A stretch of DNA of 64,000 nt from contig OX337234.1 of assembly GCA_946965045.2 (NCBI GenBank), forward strand, positions 124,001 to 188,000. The letters run 5' to 3'. A program made the position numbers and the translations under genes. This document shows, in pieces, positions 47,486-58,766 of the stretch (its first letter is position 1; every line of letters begins with the position of its first letter). The notes under the pieces were generated by a model. That model was not told where the DNA came from and did not search any database. It saw only the letters and a program-made list of their open reading frames with translations. Source of the DNA: Epithemia pelagica (taxonomy: Eukaryota > Protista > Bacillariophyta).

Positions 47486-50400
47486 TGAGACAATAGGTAC
47501 GATAAAATGTGACGACTGAGAGTATACGATGTACAATGGTGTAAGATGGAAGACATCAGGAATATGGACAAGCTCCACAAAGAAGTGTGTTGCTGTTTGT
47601 CGATACTAAAACATACAGGCGTACCTAACATCTTCTTAGTTGTATGTTGTACGACTATAATGATGGAGAAAGGATAAGGAGTACAGTGTGTGACTGTGAG
47701 TCATAATTCAGAGAATGAATGGAATTTGTGAATGTGTAATTCATTTGTTCTGAATGGTGGTGTGAATTGGGAATGATTCATTCAATTCAAATTCGTTCGA
47801 AAAGGGAATTGGGATTGGAATTTAATTCCAATTGGTTCGAAAAGGGAATTGGGGATTGAATTCAATTCAAAGGGTATGAAATAGGGGAATAGTAAAGTTA
47901 AGAGAATTTATTGATTGTAAACATAATTGACTTTGGTAATTAAGTTCATTTACTATCCGTAAATTAGTACACTTTCAAGATTAATTCAATTGTGTATATG
48001 TCGTGAAGTGAATCGTTAATTCTTAATTTAAATCTTAACTGATTGGAAAAGTGAATAATCAATCTACATTCAAGTTTAGATGGCACATAAAATGACTTCC
48101 AGACCCTGCTATCAATCCTAAGAAGAAACAGAAGGCACAAACAACAACTGAAAGAAAGACGCGCTCTGTCTACAGTCTACAATGATTCGTCCGCGGTTCA
48201 TGTGCCATGGCCGATGGTCTTACCGGTACCGTGATAGGGCCCTTCTCACGGTTTTTATGAGCTGTCGCTCGCGAGCGTCTGGAATTTGAATCGTGTTGAT
48301 CAGAGGACGCCCGCCAACCTTCAACTGTCACTTGCACGCCGGCCACTCTATATGACGATTTGCTTTTGGGAGATTTTATGGGGGAGAAGGACAGAGTTCT
48401 GTGCGGACGACGTACGTACGGTTTTTAGGTGGTCACCGATACAGAGCCTTTGTGAGCATAATATGGCGCAATGATGAATTTATCTAATGCTCTGTCGTGG
48501 CATTACTCCATTTTGAATTTTGAAGGTGGCAGGTCCGATTGCCTATGTCCGCAAACGTGTCCGAAGAGCTGGCTCTACAACGGTATTGGTGTCCACGACC
48601 CCAAAAACAGTACTCGTGTACTCTTTGAGAGTATAGTGGGCCGAAGTTTCGGATGATTTCAAACTACCGTTCGGAAGGACTCTTGGCAGCAGTTTCCGCA
48701 CCTCATTTTCAAGCGTTCCATGAGATTAGGATCATAGTATGATTTTGAATAAAGTATCATTGGTATCGACTGGTTTTATGTTTATTCGTGACCCGATTCA
48801 AACCCGATCCGTCGTCTATAGCCTTGAATTGTAGACCACAAAATCATCATTGCAGGCTTCCCGCAGCGAATTTCGACTACAATACACGCTCGAAAACTTC
48901 AAACTTCTGCTCCTCCATGGTAGGCCTCGTTCGCGATTTTGGTCTTTATCCTCTTGGGTGTCCAATTCTGCTGTACATGGTCTGTACGTGGCCGGTGAGG
49001 GTCCCTACCAAGTATCTAAGAGTCACATCTCAGCGAATCGGAAATCCATAATTGATCGGGCCACTGCTGCTGCCGGATCTTCCGAGTCGAGACAAGGGCG
49101 AGAAGCCAGAGGACAGAATAGAGAACCGAGGACAACTCGCTCACTTTCTGACAAAAAGTGGGGTGTTGAGGAGTCTCTAGTCTCTCCTCGTTATCTACAA
49201 CTCACTCCATCAGGATCATTTATAGAAACAAATGCATGGGAGTGAGTAGGAGCACCCCAACCCTCCGACTAGGTGTCCGCTTCTTAGCCCCCCAGCCGCT
49301 CTCCGCGACCAACCATTTTAATTTTGGTTTTTTTGCGTTTTTGAAGAAAATTTCGGGTCAAAATGAAAATGATCACGCCGGCCTTCTGGATCACCGTTTT
49401 GAAATTTTGTGAGCAGGCGTGCGCACTTTGACCGTTGGTCTTCCCCATTCTTGATTGTCGTCCCAAGTTGCGACCCACATTATTTTCACTACGCACCTTT
49501 TGACATGGATAATGGACATGCACCATCACAATGCATTCTCCATCATCTGCACACCATGGACATTTGACATATAGACCATAGATAGTGTTTTGCTCTACCC
49601 CATCCTTTCTTTGTTTTTTCTAGGAGAAGTGTGGTTGTTTCTAGTGTTTGTGTCCGTTTAAAAGTGGACCCTCCTCCACAACACCGTGCCGTTGCCGTAG
49701 GCTTGTCTCTTTGCAACCACATACAGTCCTATTTTAGAATACGTCTCTTTCTAGTTGCGTTATGGAGCATATAGAGTGTAGAGTCCCCTGCACTGCTGGG
49801 AAAGACAAGTCATGCTCATGGCAACAAAAAAAGAACAACAGGAGCAGGTCGACATCACAATCCACTAAAGACCCAAACTGAGCGACAGCAGAGGAAAAAT
49901 GGATGGCTTCCTCCACTTATCCTACCTACTCCTAATTGAGGTCTATAGCTCTATTTTGTCCTATAAGAATCCTACAAATGATGCCAGCAGCCCCACATGG
50001 CATCGACCAAAATGGATGTTACATGGCACAAACAAATGACACACTATGGCAACTGGCAACGTAGTGAGAGCCTACAACTAAACATTGTCCATTCCAATGC
50101 AAGTATCTGCCATTCCAGAACTTACCATGATGGATGTGCAGTGACAAAGATGAGATGAGATGGCCAGGGACGAAGCATGCCGTTTTTGGTGTTGGTTTGG
50201 TCATTGCCTCGTTTTGTTGCCTGCATCGATTTTGTGATTTGTGACCCGTGAACTCACTGAGAACACTATTTTGAGTCTTGTTGAGCAGAACGCCTGCCAT
50301 CGTCCAACTGTCACATCACGCCAGCCTTTCCACCGATGGATGTGAAATTTCCATTCATTTTTTTGTCTGTGAGATTGGGTTTGTCTTGCCCGAACAGACG

Positions 50401-52016
50401 AGCTAAGAAGCGGACATCTAGTCGGAGGGTTTTCCATGAGTACACATCTCATTCAATATTGGAAACTGCACAGCGACAGCACAGCATTGTTGTCATTTTT
50501 TGTCGGTCCACTCTATCTTCTCTCCAGGGACTGTCGACTGCCGACATGTGATTTGCTTTGAACCGATGGGAACAGTTTGGTCAAGAATTACGTGCTACTC
50601 GCGAGACTTCGACACAGCGAAAGCACAAACTGTACTCGACGAAACGCATGGACAAACAATATGAAAATAATAATGTTGTTAGGAAGATAACTCCTACAAA
50701 TGAGAGGCTACTTGGATCTCTCTCTAGAGAAGCAATGAGATGATTCCACGCAAAAGGTCTTACTCCTAGAGGAGTAACGCATAATCTCCTTTGTTTCGCT
50801 AGCATCTTCCATCTTCCAACAGTGATAGAGGGGATTGATCGAGAAGTATAGGGCAACGGACAGACCTCGGGATCCCGAAAGGCGGGACTGAACTGCGAGA
50901 AGATTAGGAGAACGGACAGACCGACATCAGACATGCAGAACCGAAAGGCGGGATTGAACTGCGAACGCTCCAAGCTCGAAGAAATTGCCAGTAGTAGTAC
51001 AGATACGCGCCGGCCTTCTTCTCCACTTCCACTTCCGCGCTCTCCGCGATACTGGGGAACAAAGAAGCACTTCTTGCTTCCAATGCCTTTCCATCTCGGG
51101 ATTGGCTTCACCGAACTCTTCACAACAAAACACAAACAAAACCATAATCTTCGTTTATTCCACCAACGAAAGCAACATAACTCGTTCGACTCCTCTCTTG
51201 ATGAACCGAGATCATTAATGTATTACGAGAACAAAGCCGATGAAAGTGATGGGGGCAACGATGACCCAAAGGAATTCTACGATCCAAGGAATGCACTTTT
51301 GTGGAACCTTCGTCCACTCCAGTAATGTAACTTGGGAGAAAATTGTTGCTCCGCTTGACACTGACATGCGAAAAGATCTGTCTGCCCAAAGATTTTCGAT
51401 GATATCCTTGCTGCTGTTTCCAGCATGAATGAATGGAACGGAAACTCAAGACAACGACATGAGCGTTCATGACTTTTGCAACCACGGGCATTACGCTTGT
51501 GACTGACCATGCGAAACGATCTTTCAATTCAAAGTTGATAGATAATATCTTCGCTCATGGTAACATCATGGATGGATCGAACGGAAAAGCTCGAGTAAGT
51601 GCTGCTTCTGCGCGCGCATGATGGATTCGCGCATAAAGACTATACTCCATGTGAGCGACCTTGCAGACCTAGGCCTTTACCAAGACAAGAGACGATTGGC
51701 AGTCTCTAAAACGGGCTGTGCCGGCAAAGAGATAACACCATCATCTCTTGTATCTTCATGACCCTACGGATGCCAACAAGTGTGATGAGCAGACTGATAC
51801 ACATATGGCAACGGAAAAATTAAAAAAATTTAAAGTGTGGTGAATGTATACTATATTCTGGGCCTCAACCGAGTGAGTCTCCGGGGAAATGCAGGTGTTT
51901 GTACAAGTTCGAGTACAAGTTTGTATGTACATTATGTTCCTGGAGGCGGTTGTCCCAAAAGGGCTTGTTGTGGCGAGAGAGACAAAATTTGAAGCGAACT
52001 AAGAACGGTCTCTTGT

Positions 52017-52874
52017 CTAGACTGGCACCGGTGGAACGTTTTGAGGTTCCGTTGCCGCAGGGGCTGCGGTCCACAACGCTGTGGCTTGCGGAGTCTGCGT
52101 GCTTCTCTTGGGGGAAGAACCGTTGCCCTTCTGCTGCTTTTGAAGCTTTTTCCAGATGGCATATTCACGTTCAAAACGTTCCTTGTCAAGTTCTGATTGG
52201 TATTCATATTCCATCTTGCGCTCCAAAGTAATGGTTTTCCAATTCGCAGCCACGGTACGAGCCATTTCGGCAAAGCCAATCTTGCCATGGGCTCTTCTAG
52301 ATCGCTTCTTCTTGTTATCTGGGGCAGGCAGGATTCGCAAGAGTCGTTCTCGCTCATCCTTGAAAAAGAGATTGTATGCTGTGAGTGACCGTTTGGGCTT
52401 TTCCATTATGAAGGTATGATTGTCTCCTTCTTGATACGTGTCTGAAGACGGCGGAGGTGCACTTAAATGATCTTCACTATCGTTGCCCAGCTCTGCTCCG
52501 ACTTGCGATTTTGCTGTGTGGAAGGGTAATGGCTCTATAACTGGATCTGGTATGGATTCTTGTGAAATACTTCTGGCAGGATACGAAGGCAATTGGGTAC
52601 AGGCGATCGTGGTCTGGCGCATGGTGGTCGCACAGCTTGGAACTACAAAATTGCCCGTTAGCAGTTCTTGTTCTTCTCGGAGTAAGCACATAAGGAGTTG
52701 GTCGTGGTTCACATCAGAATCATCCCAATTCCCCATAACTTGTTCGATTTCCTCATCGTCAAAGAGATGAAATTCTTTCTCGTTCTGGTTTGACATGCTG
52801 TTGCGACTGCAGCAATCACTCGAGTCCATGTTGATTTTGTGACTCATCTGCCAATGTTTCTCGAACGAATGCAT
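52017..52874 (-). CDS. HMG-box DNA-binding protein (paralogue 2), 285 aa
   Basis: HMG box KPKRSLTAYNLFFKDERERLLRILP..GKIGFAEMARTVAANWKTI..DKERFEREY, near-identical to paralogue 1. Confidence 0.88.
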   Translation of the reverse strand: MHSFEKHWQMSHKINMDSSDCCSRNSMSNQNEKEFHLFDDEEIEQVMGNWDDSDVNHDQLLMCLLREEQELLTGNFVVPSCATTMRQTTIACTQLPSYPARSISQESIPDPVIEPLPFHTAKSQVGAELGNDSEDHLSAPPPSSDTYQEGDNHTFIMEKPKRSLTAYNLFFKDERERLLRILPAPDNKKKRSRRAHGKIGFAEMARTVAANWKTITLERKMEYEYQSELDKERFEREYAIWKKLQKQQKGNGSSPKRSTQTPQATALWTAAPAATEPQNVPPVPV

Positions 52875-52995
52875 GATTTCGTATTACCTGTTATCTTCGA
52901 CCTCTACAAAATCAGGACTTTTTTATTGTGAGTTGGTCGACTTGGTCGGAACAATAGAGGTTTTCCGAGGCAACTAGAAATGTCCCGTAAGTGTG

Positions 52996-53182
52996 AGCTC
53001 AAAACAGGCCCGGAAAAGTTGGGCTCGAGACAAGATCGTCGAAAGTCAACCCGGGGTACGTCGCTCGTCAAAGTTCCGAATTTTCGGACAATCTCGAAGT
53101 TTCACTGGACACGGATCTCTTAATTCTGAAAGAACTGATGTTGGATATTGATCGTACTCGTATTTCACTTGCAAACAATATT
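52996..53182 (+). repeat. 187-bp direct repeat, left copy (right copy 54473-54659)
   Basis: 184 of 187 identical by eye; the only difference is one 3-nt block, AGA vs CTG. Confidence 0.95.
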
Positions 53183-54472
53183 ATTCGCCATTATTTCCCC
53201 TCCATATTGGTGAGGCGGCCAGACCAAACTCGGTCGCGTTTCGTCGACACGTGCTAGGAAGAGCTTGCTCTCAAATGGGGTGGCTTTGCCAGCTCTCCAA
53301 CTGCCAGCAAGCGGCCCTGCGTGGATGACGGTTGGTTGTTTCATAATTCATAATGCCGGACAAGCACACAATCCTTTTCTCTTGCCAAAGCACATCGTAT
53401 CAATGACATTCCAGGTGAGCTTGATCCATTGAGGATTGCCATGACAATTACATTGCTCATGCTCACTCACACTTGTCACTTTTGCTTGCTCTGCTCATGG
53501 GACGAGAGTCTGCTCATCTGCTGTGTCTCTGGCTCAGCAGCTCATTACTTGCCATTGTTCATTTATGTCGAAATGATACCCATAACTTCCATTGCATTTA
53601 TCCACAGACTATAGACCTCCTTTTTTTTATTAACTAGAAATAGAACTCAAGTGCTAGCCATCCATAGAGTGTAGTGCCTTCTGTATTCGTGTAGTACATC
53701 AGTTTTCTGTTTTGAGCACGTCAATGACCCTCAGTTTCACCATGAACACACGACAGAGCAGCTCTTACACGCTTGTACAGCTACAAATTGAATCATTCGC
53801 TGTTTGACTCTAGCTCTAGGAGCTGATAATTGGAAAGTAGGGTGTGGCAAGTGGCAAGAGCAAAATGGAGCCATCTACTTGAAGCAAAAACAACAAAATG
53901 TTCGGTCGTTGAGAAATGATTGACAATGATACTATGAATAGTGAATCATTTATCCTACAGAAAACATGAAAGTAACCAACCAGCCAACAATCAAACGACA
54001 AAAGAATTACAAGAAGGGGAAAAGGAAGGATATTCCACTTGACCACAAGCAGCTTATACCCAGTCTACTCCTACAACATGAGACAAATCCAAAGGATCAT
54101 GCAAGAACAAAAGGAAAGATTGCAGCAGTGATGAGTAAGAAGAAAGAAAAGAAGACGACAAGATTAGAAATAAGCAGCAGTAGTAAGAAGTTAAATGCGA
54201 TTCAGCCCAGCATGATCCGTCCATGGTTCTTACCTCACGTCATGGTCAAGCATTTGCCTTGGTTTTGGGTTTTGTGACAGACGAGAACAAGAGGGTTGCC
54301 CAAATTTATGAGCATTCAGAAACCACTGGACGCAAGCCGACCTTGATGTAACGGTGTTGGCAATTAGAGATACTTAGAGCTACCTGGAGCAGTGGCGGGC
54401 GATATTCAAAAAAGATAGGGTTGGGGATATGTCTGGCCGCCTCACCAATATGGAGGGGAAATAATGGCGAAT
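53183..54472. mobile_element. Putative non-autonomous TIR element (1,290 bp) flanked by 187-bp direct repeats
   Basis: Perfect 42-bp inverted repeats at 53183-53224 and 54431-54472 (ATTCGCCATTATTTCCCCTCCATATTGGTGAGGCGGCCAGAC) abut the direct repeats exactly. No recognisable transposase inside. Confidence 0.65.
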
Positions 54473-54659
54473 AGCTCAAAACAGGCCCGGAAAAGTTGGG
54501 CTCGAGACACTGTCGTCGAAAGTCAACCCGGGGTACGTCGCTCGTCAAAGTTCCGAATTTTCGGACAATCTCGAAGTTTCACTGGACACGGATCTCTTAA
54601 TTCTGAAAGAACTGATGTTGGATATTGATCGTACTCGTATTTCACTTGCAAACAATATT
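54473..54659 (+). repeat. 187-bp direct repeat, right copy
   Basis: Matches 52996-53182. Confidence 0.95.
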
Positions 54660-54756
54660 CAACGAGATCAAATAATAGTAAACATAATATAACCATTTGA
54701 CAAAATAACTATTATGTAAATGATCTTTTTCGCGAACAAACCACATACGCATTCGT

Positions 54757-55668
54757 TAGAGCTGTGTCCTGCGTCAAGCGCTCAAGCGCTCCAGCGCTTA
54801 ACTTCTCAAGCGCTTGAGGAGCTCCAGCACAGATAGGGTGAACTCAAGCGCTCAAGCAACCAGACTACGGGAAAGTCCCAAAACGTAGCAAAACCCCTCA
54901 ATCATCTCTTTCCAAAATGACCGAGAACTCCAGTGATGATGAGAATGAGTCATCATACCATCTAGATGATGATAATGTTATGGCAGGAGCTGCTTCTCTG
55001 GAAGTTCCTTCTCCAACCAAGAGGGCAAGGACAGAAGTGGAGTTTGAAGTCAGTGACATGCTGGGAGAAATAATGATGGATGACGAAGAGGATGACAATG
55101 GAGAGTCCAGGAAGAGGTATAGTGGAGGGGTATCCTATGCTACAATCTGCTGTCTTGAAATTGACAAGTTCTGTAGGAGTACAACAGCAGGACTGAAAAT
55201 GTACAACGTGAACAAGGCTGGGAAGAAAGTTGCACAAGATCCTTTGCTCTCTTGGTGGAAAGGAAAGGCAAGTGAGTTTCCCAATATTTGGCGACTTGCT
55301 CTGAAGTATCTTGCCATGCCGGCAACAGCAGCCTCCTCTGAACGGGCATTCAGTATTGCTGGCCTGATAATCACGCCAAAACAATCATCCTTCGATCCTT
55401 CAACAGTTTCTAATCTCCATTTTTTGCGTGAGAACTGGGGAAGTATATTCTAACAGAGTTTCCATAGCATATCATTTACATAATAAGAGTAGTTCCCATT
55501 TCATTTCAGGTACTGCGATGAGTCTACTGCCATAGTTTCCCGTGTAAGCCCTTTTCGCTGCCGCTTGAGCGCTTGAGCGCTTGAATATGGTCTCGGCTCA
55601 AGCACTCAAGCGCTTGAGTTTTCCAGAGCAGAAAAAAGCTGTTGCTGGACACTGGACAAAGCTCTCTA
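54757..55668 (+). mobile_element. Internally deleted hAT element (912 bp)
   Basis: TSD GCATTCGT / GAATTCGT (7 of 8). Ends TAGAGCTGTGTCC vs TAGAGAGCTTTGTCC (reverse complement of the right end). Subterminal TCAAGCGC arrays with palindrome CTCAAGCGCTTGAG at 54805 and 55605. Confidence 0.85.
54917..55453 (+). CDS. hAT transposase C-terminal fragment (hATC dimerisation domain), 178 aa
   Basis: DPLLSWWK..FPNIWRLALKYLAMPATAASSERAFSIAG is the textbook hATC motif. No catalytic core upstream. Confidence 0.75.
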   Translation: MTENSSDDENESSYHLDDDNVMAGAASLEVPSPTKRARTEVEFEVSDMLGEIMMDDEEDDNGESRKRYSGGVSYATICCLEIDKFCRSTTAGLKMYNVNKAGKKVAQDPLLSWWKGKASEFPNIWRLALKYLAMPATAASSERAFSIAGLIITPKQSSFDPSTVSNLHFLRENWGSIF

Positions 55669-56894
55669 GAATTCGTCGTTCGTCAGGGTTGCCAGAGATC
55701 GTTCCAAATCACAGGGCTTAGGAGAAGTCAAAGATCTTTAATAGAAACACATGTTCCTTTTCCGTTTTGAGCTTTTTCGCAATGGAATATGGGATCTCTG
55801 AGTTCTGTCTCACTTAAAAGATGCTGTAAAACTCAGAAACACCAACAAAGTGGAACAGGAAATCCCTATCGTCTCGAATTCATTCGTTCTAAAACTGACC
55901 GAGCGTGTCTATTGTCTATGCGTGATCTAAACGATGATAGTGCGCCGAGAAGAAAAGCTACAGATTTTCTTTGATTGAGTCAGAGTCAACTCATCATAGG
56001 TGTAGTAGGTGGTGTGGCTAGCAAGTAGAGCACTAGCACCAATCCCTCCGAAAACTTCTGGAGTTTGTCCGATAATATGCAGAACACACACACACAGGAA
56101 AAGACAGTCATTTTTGTCACTTTATTGGGCCAGGTCGCAAGAGTATCTAGTATTGACTGATAAGTACTCCTGCTCACGACCGATCAACTACAATATACAA
56201 TATCCTATCACCTCTACTACTTTTATGAGAAATGAACAGATGGACGATGGTAGTTGGTAGCGGGTCGAGAGTCGAGATGGTTGTTCTGTCGACTGTCGAC
56301 TCTCACCTCTCTGTCAATGCTGAATGCTGACCATGACCAGATTATTGGAAGTGCGAAGGGTGAAGGGAAAGATTTCGGTTCTCTGTTCGTGGTTCTCTAC
56401 TCTCTACGGATACTCTCTACTCTCTACCTACCTCTAGTTCCAAGCTCCAAAGCTACTCGTTACTCGTCCCTCGTACTCCTATATCGATGTCCATGGCCCA
56501 TTACGACTTCTGCAAGTTACATGGATAAGTGATAATGATTGTCTTATTACCATGGATACACCATAGAGAATCGACTTTCGACCTTTGGGATTTGGGAAGT
56601 CTTTGAGTCTTGTCACGACTCAAGACATTCTTCCTACTCTAAGAGTAGGAGTAGAGGTCTCTTGGTCTTCTTGGCCCTTAGGAGTCTCTTGTTGGCACGG
56701 TCTTCTTGGCCCTTAGGATTCTCGTTGTTACGATTCCGCAGATGCTACATTCTAGAGTTTTGCTGCTTCTTTCGAATCCTCCTCTGGATGGAGTGCGACG
56801 CGACACGACCCATAGCGGGGAGACTGGTGCAACGGGAAACACGATCGAGTGATTGTGGCAGTTTCGTTGTTGGTCCTCCTCCTCGTTGCCTACC

Positions 56895-57037
56895 TAGGTA
56901 GGTAGGTAGGTAGGTAGGTAGGTAGGTAGGTAGGTAGGTAGGTAGGTAGGTAGGTAGGTAGGTAGGTAGGTAGGTAGGTAGGTAGGTAGGTAGGTAGGTA
57001 GGTAGGTAGGTAGGTAGGTAGGTAGGTAGGTAGGTAG
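56895..57037 (+). repeat. Perfect (TAGG)~36 microsatellite
   Basis: 143 uninterrupted bp. Confidence 0.98.
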
Positions 57038-57590
57038 AAGACATTGTCTGGTTCCACTCTCCAGAGCACACATCATGGCAATTACACTACCACCATCTCT
57101 TGTTGTCGTCCACACAAGGACAACAACAACATTCACCACGACGACGACGACGACGACGATGACGACACACGAGATGGGGTTGGCTGATCCTACCGGGTGT
57201 CCACCTCGTTTACCTCGAGTAGAGTAGAAGGACCTACCGAGAGGAACTATAGAATATATCCATGGTTCACACACAAGCACGACGACGACGACTACAAACT
57301 GTTGTGCAGTGGTTGTTTGTTTTGGTGTTATTCGGTTCGTTTACCTATAGAATGTTTCATGGGAACACCAAACGTGCTCTTCTTCTTCTTCTTCTTCTTT
57401 TCTTGTCGTTGTAGATGGATCTGGTGAAGTGATGGTGTCCGGATTTTTGGTTTTGGTTTTGTTCGGGTCGGGTCTTTTTGGGTGGGTATGGATAGGTTTG
57501 TACGAGAGAATGGTGGTGATGATGTGGTTGTGTGTGTCTGCTCCTCGTTGCAGCATCTTGAGCATGCAAACCATCTTGTGGTGGTGGTTT

Positions 57591-58766
57591 TTATCGTCGA
57601 CGACGTCGTCGCATGGATTCGGGTCGAATCAAAATGGAATCAATCAACCAACACACATCACTACTGGGAGTGGACGGTGAAAAAATGGAGGAGGACGCTG
57701 CCTCGTCGGTGGCATCGTCGTCATCATCATCCTGGTCCTCTGTTGGTGTCGCAGTAGGATTCGTCATTGTAGTCGTCGTCGAATGGGGATTGGGACAAGC
57801 GGACAAGATGAAATTGACATTGACAGGATCCTCTTGTTGGGTCGTGACGAGTCGGGCCGTCATGAAACATTTTTGACCATTGCTCGAATAATCCGCCTTT
57901 TCAATGGTAATGCTCGGCATGGCATCGTCGTCCGGCTGCAAATTGCCCAGTAAGACCTTGTATTCGGGCTGATCGGACCAATAGTCGGCATATTCGTCGG
58001 GCGTCAAACCGGGCGTCGTCCAAATGGGCGACTGGGGCGACGAAAAGCCAAAGAGAATTTCCACGCCCTTGTTGGGCGTCGGCACGGCATTGTGTTGCAA
58101 GGCTTGCAAGACGGTCAAGACGACTTCGCCCGCCGTCCATTCGGCATTGGGAATCACCGTCGGTGGTTGATAACGTTGTGGTTTGGTGGATGCATCGTCA
58201 TCGTCATCGTCATCGTCATAATCGTCCTCGTCGCGCGCTCCTTGCACATATTGAACAAAGCCACCGGCCGTATCCAAGACACGTTCCTTGACTTCACTGT
58301 ACAATTGATCATTGGTCAAACTGACATTGCCCGCCAACTTGTCCCCCACGCCGGGATTGGTATCGTAGCCCAAAAAGGCATTGACGGCGCCTTGTGGAAT
58401 ATTGTATTCTTCGTCTTCCTCGTCGTCGTCGTCCTCCAAATCGTCCTCCTCATCGTCTTCCTCATCGTCCAATTCCGAGGCATCCAGCCGCAACCCCTTT
58501 TGACTGGCCAATTGAAAAAATTCGGCCGCCAAATCGGCCCCTTCGGCCGTGGGATCATCTTCTTCGTCGTTCTGGTTGCTGCTGCTGTACAAGACCATTG
58601 GATGCAACGACTGTTGTGGGGTCGTTGTGGTGGTGGGTGTGCTTGTGATCCATCGACTGGTAGTTCTGGTGGGAAGTGTCGTCCACGCCATGGTCATGGT
58701 GGTCGTGGTAGTGAGGACCAGGAGTATCCAACTCGTCGTCGTCGTGAACTGCTGCGAGACTGTCAT
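57591..58766 (-). CDS. Probable plastid-targeted protein of unknown function (~391 aa) with acidic tracts
   Basis: Long open frame; hydrophobic N-terminus ending MA-W followed by a Thr/Arg-rich transit-like peptide; ordered-looking block EVVLTVLQALQHNAVPTPNKGVEILFGFSSP. Start at MTVSQQF is inferred. Confidence 0.75.
   Translation of the reverse strand: MTVSQQFTTTTSWILLVLTTTTTMTMAWTTLPTRTTSRWITSTPTTTTTPQQSLHPMVLYSSSNQNDEEDDPTAEGADLAAEFFQLASQKGLRLDASELDDEEDDEEDDLEDDDDEEDEEYNIPQGAVNAFLGYDTNPGVGDKLAGNVSLTNDQLYSEVKERVLDTAGGFVQYVQGARDEDDYDDDDDDDDASTKPQRYQPPTVIPNAEWTAGEVVLTVLQALQHNAVPTPNKGVEILFGFSSPQSPIWTTPGLTPDEYADYWSDQPEYKVLLGNLQPDDDAMPSITIEKADYSSNGQKCFMTARLVTTQQEDPVNVNFILSACPNPHSTTTTMTNPTATPTEDQDDDDDDATDEAASSSIFSPSTPSSDVCWLIDSILIRPESMRRRRRR

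Larger units (their letters stand above)
41143..48108 (+). mobile_element. Full-length hAT DNA transposon (6,966 bp) with transposase and glycosylase cargo
   Basis: Identical 8-bp TSD CTATCAAT at 41135-41142 and 48109-48116. TIR CAGGGTCTGGAA(T/G)TCA at both ends (15 of 16). AT-rich subterminal arrays of AATTC/GAATT at ~41150-41480 and ~47700-48070. Confidence 0.95.

Noticed and set aside
49250-51900. Possible decayed transposon (AT-rich end-like stretches near 49310 and 51830; 24-bp direct repeat at 50875/50941)
   Set aside because: No convincing TIR, TSD or transposase motif by eye.
56895-57037. (TAGG)n as a telomere
   Set aside because: It is internal, flanked by unique sequence on both sides, and is not the TTAGGG-type repeat expected in diatoms.
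56745-57280. ORFs with (LPTY)n repeats
   Set aside because: Translations of the (TAGG)n/(CCTA)n microsatellite. The ORF-track entry 56894-57280 is also inconsistent with its stated strand.
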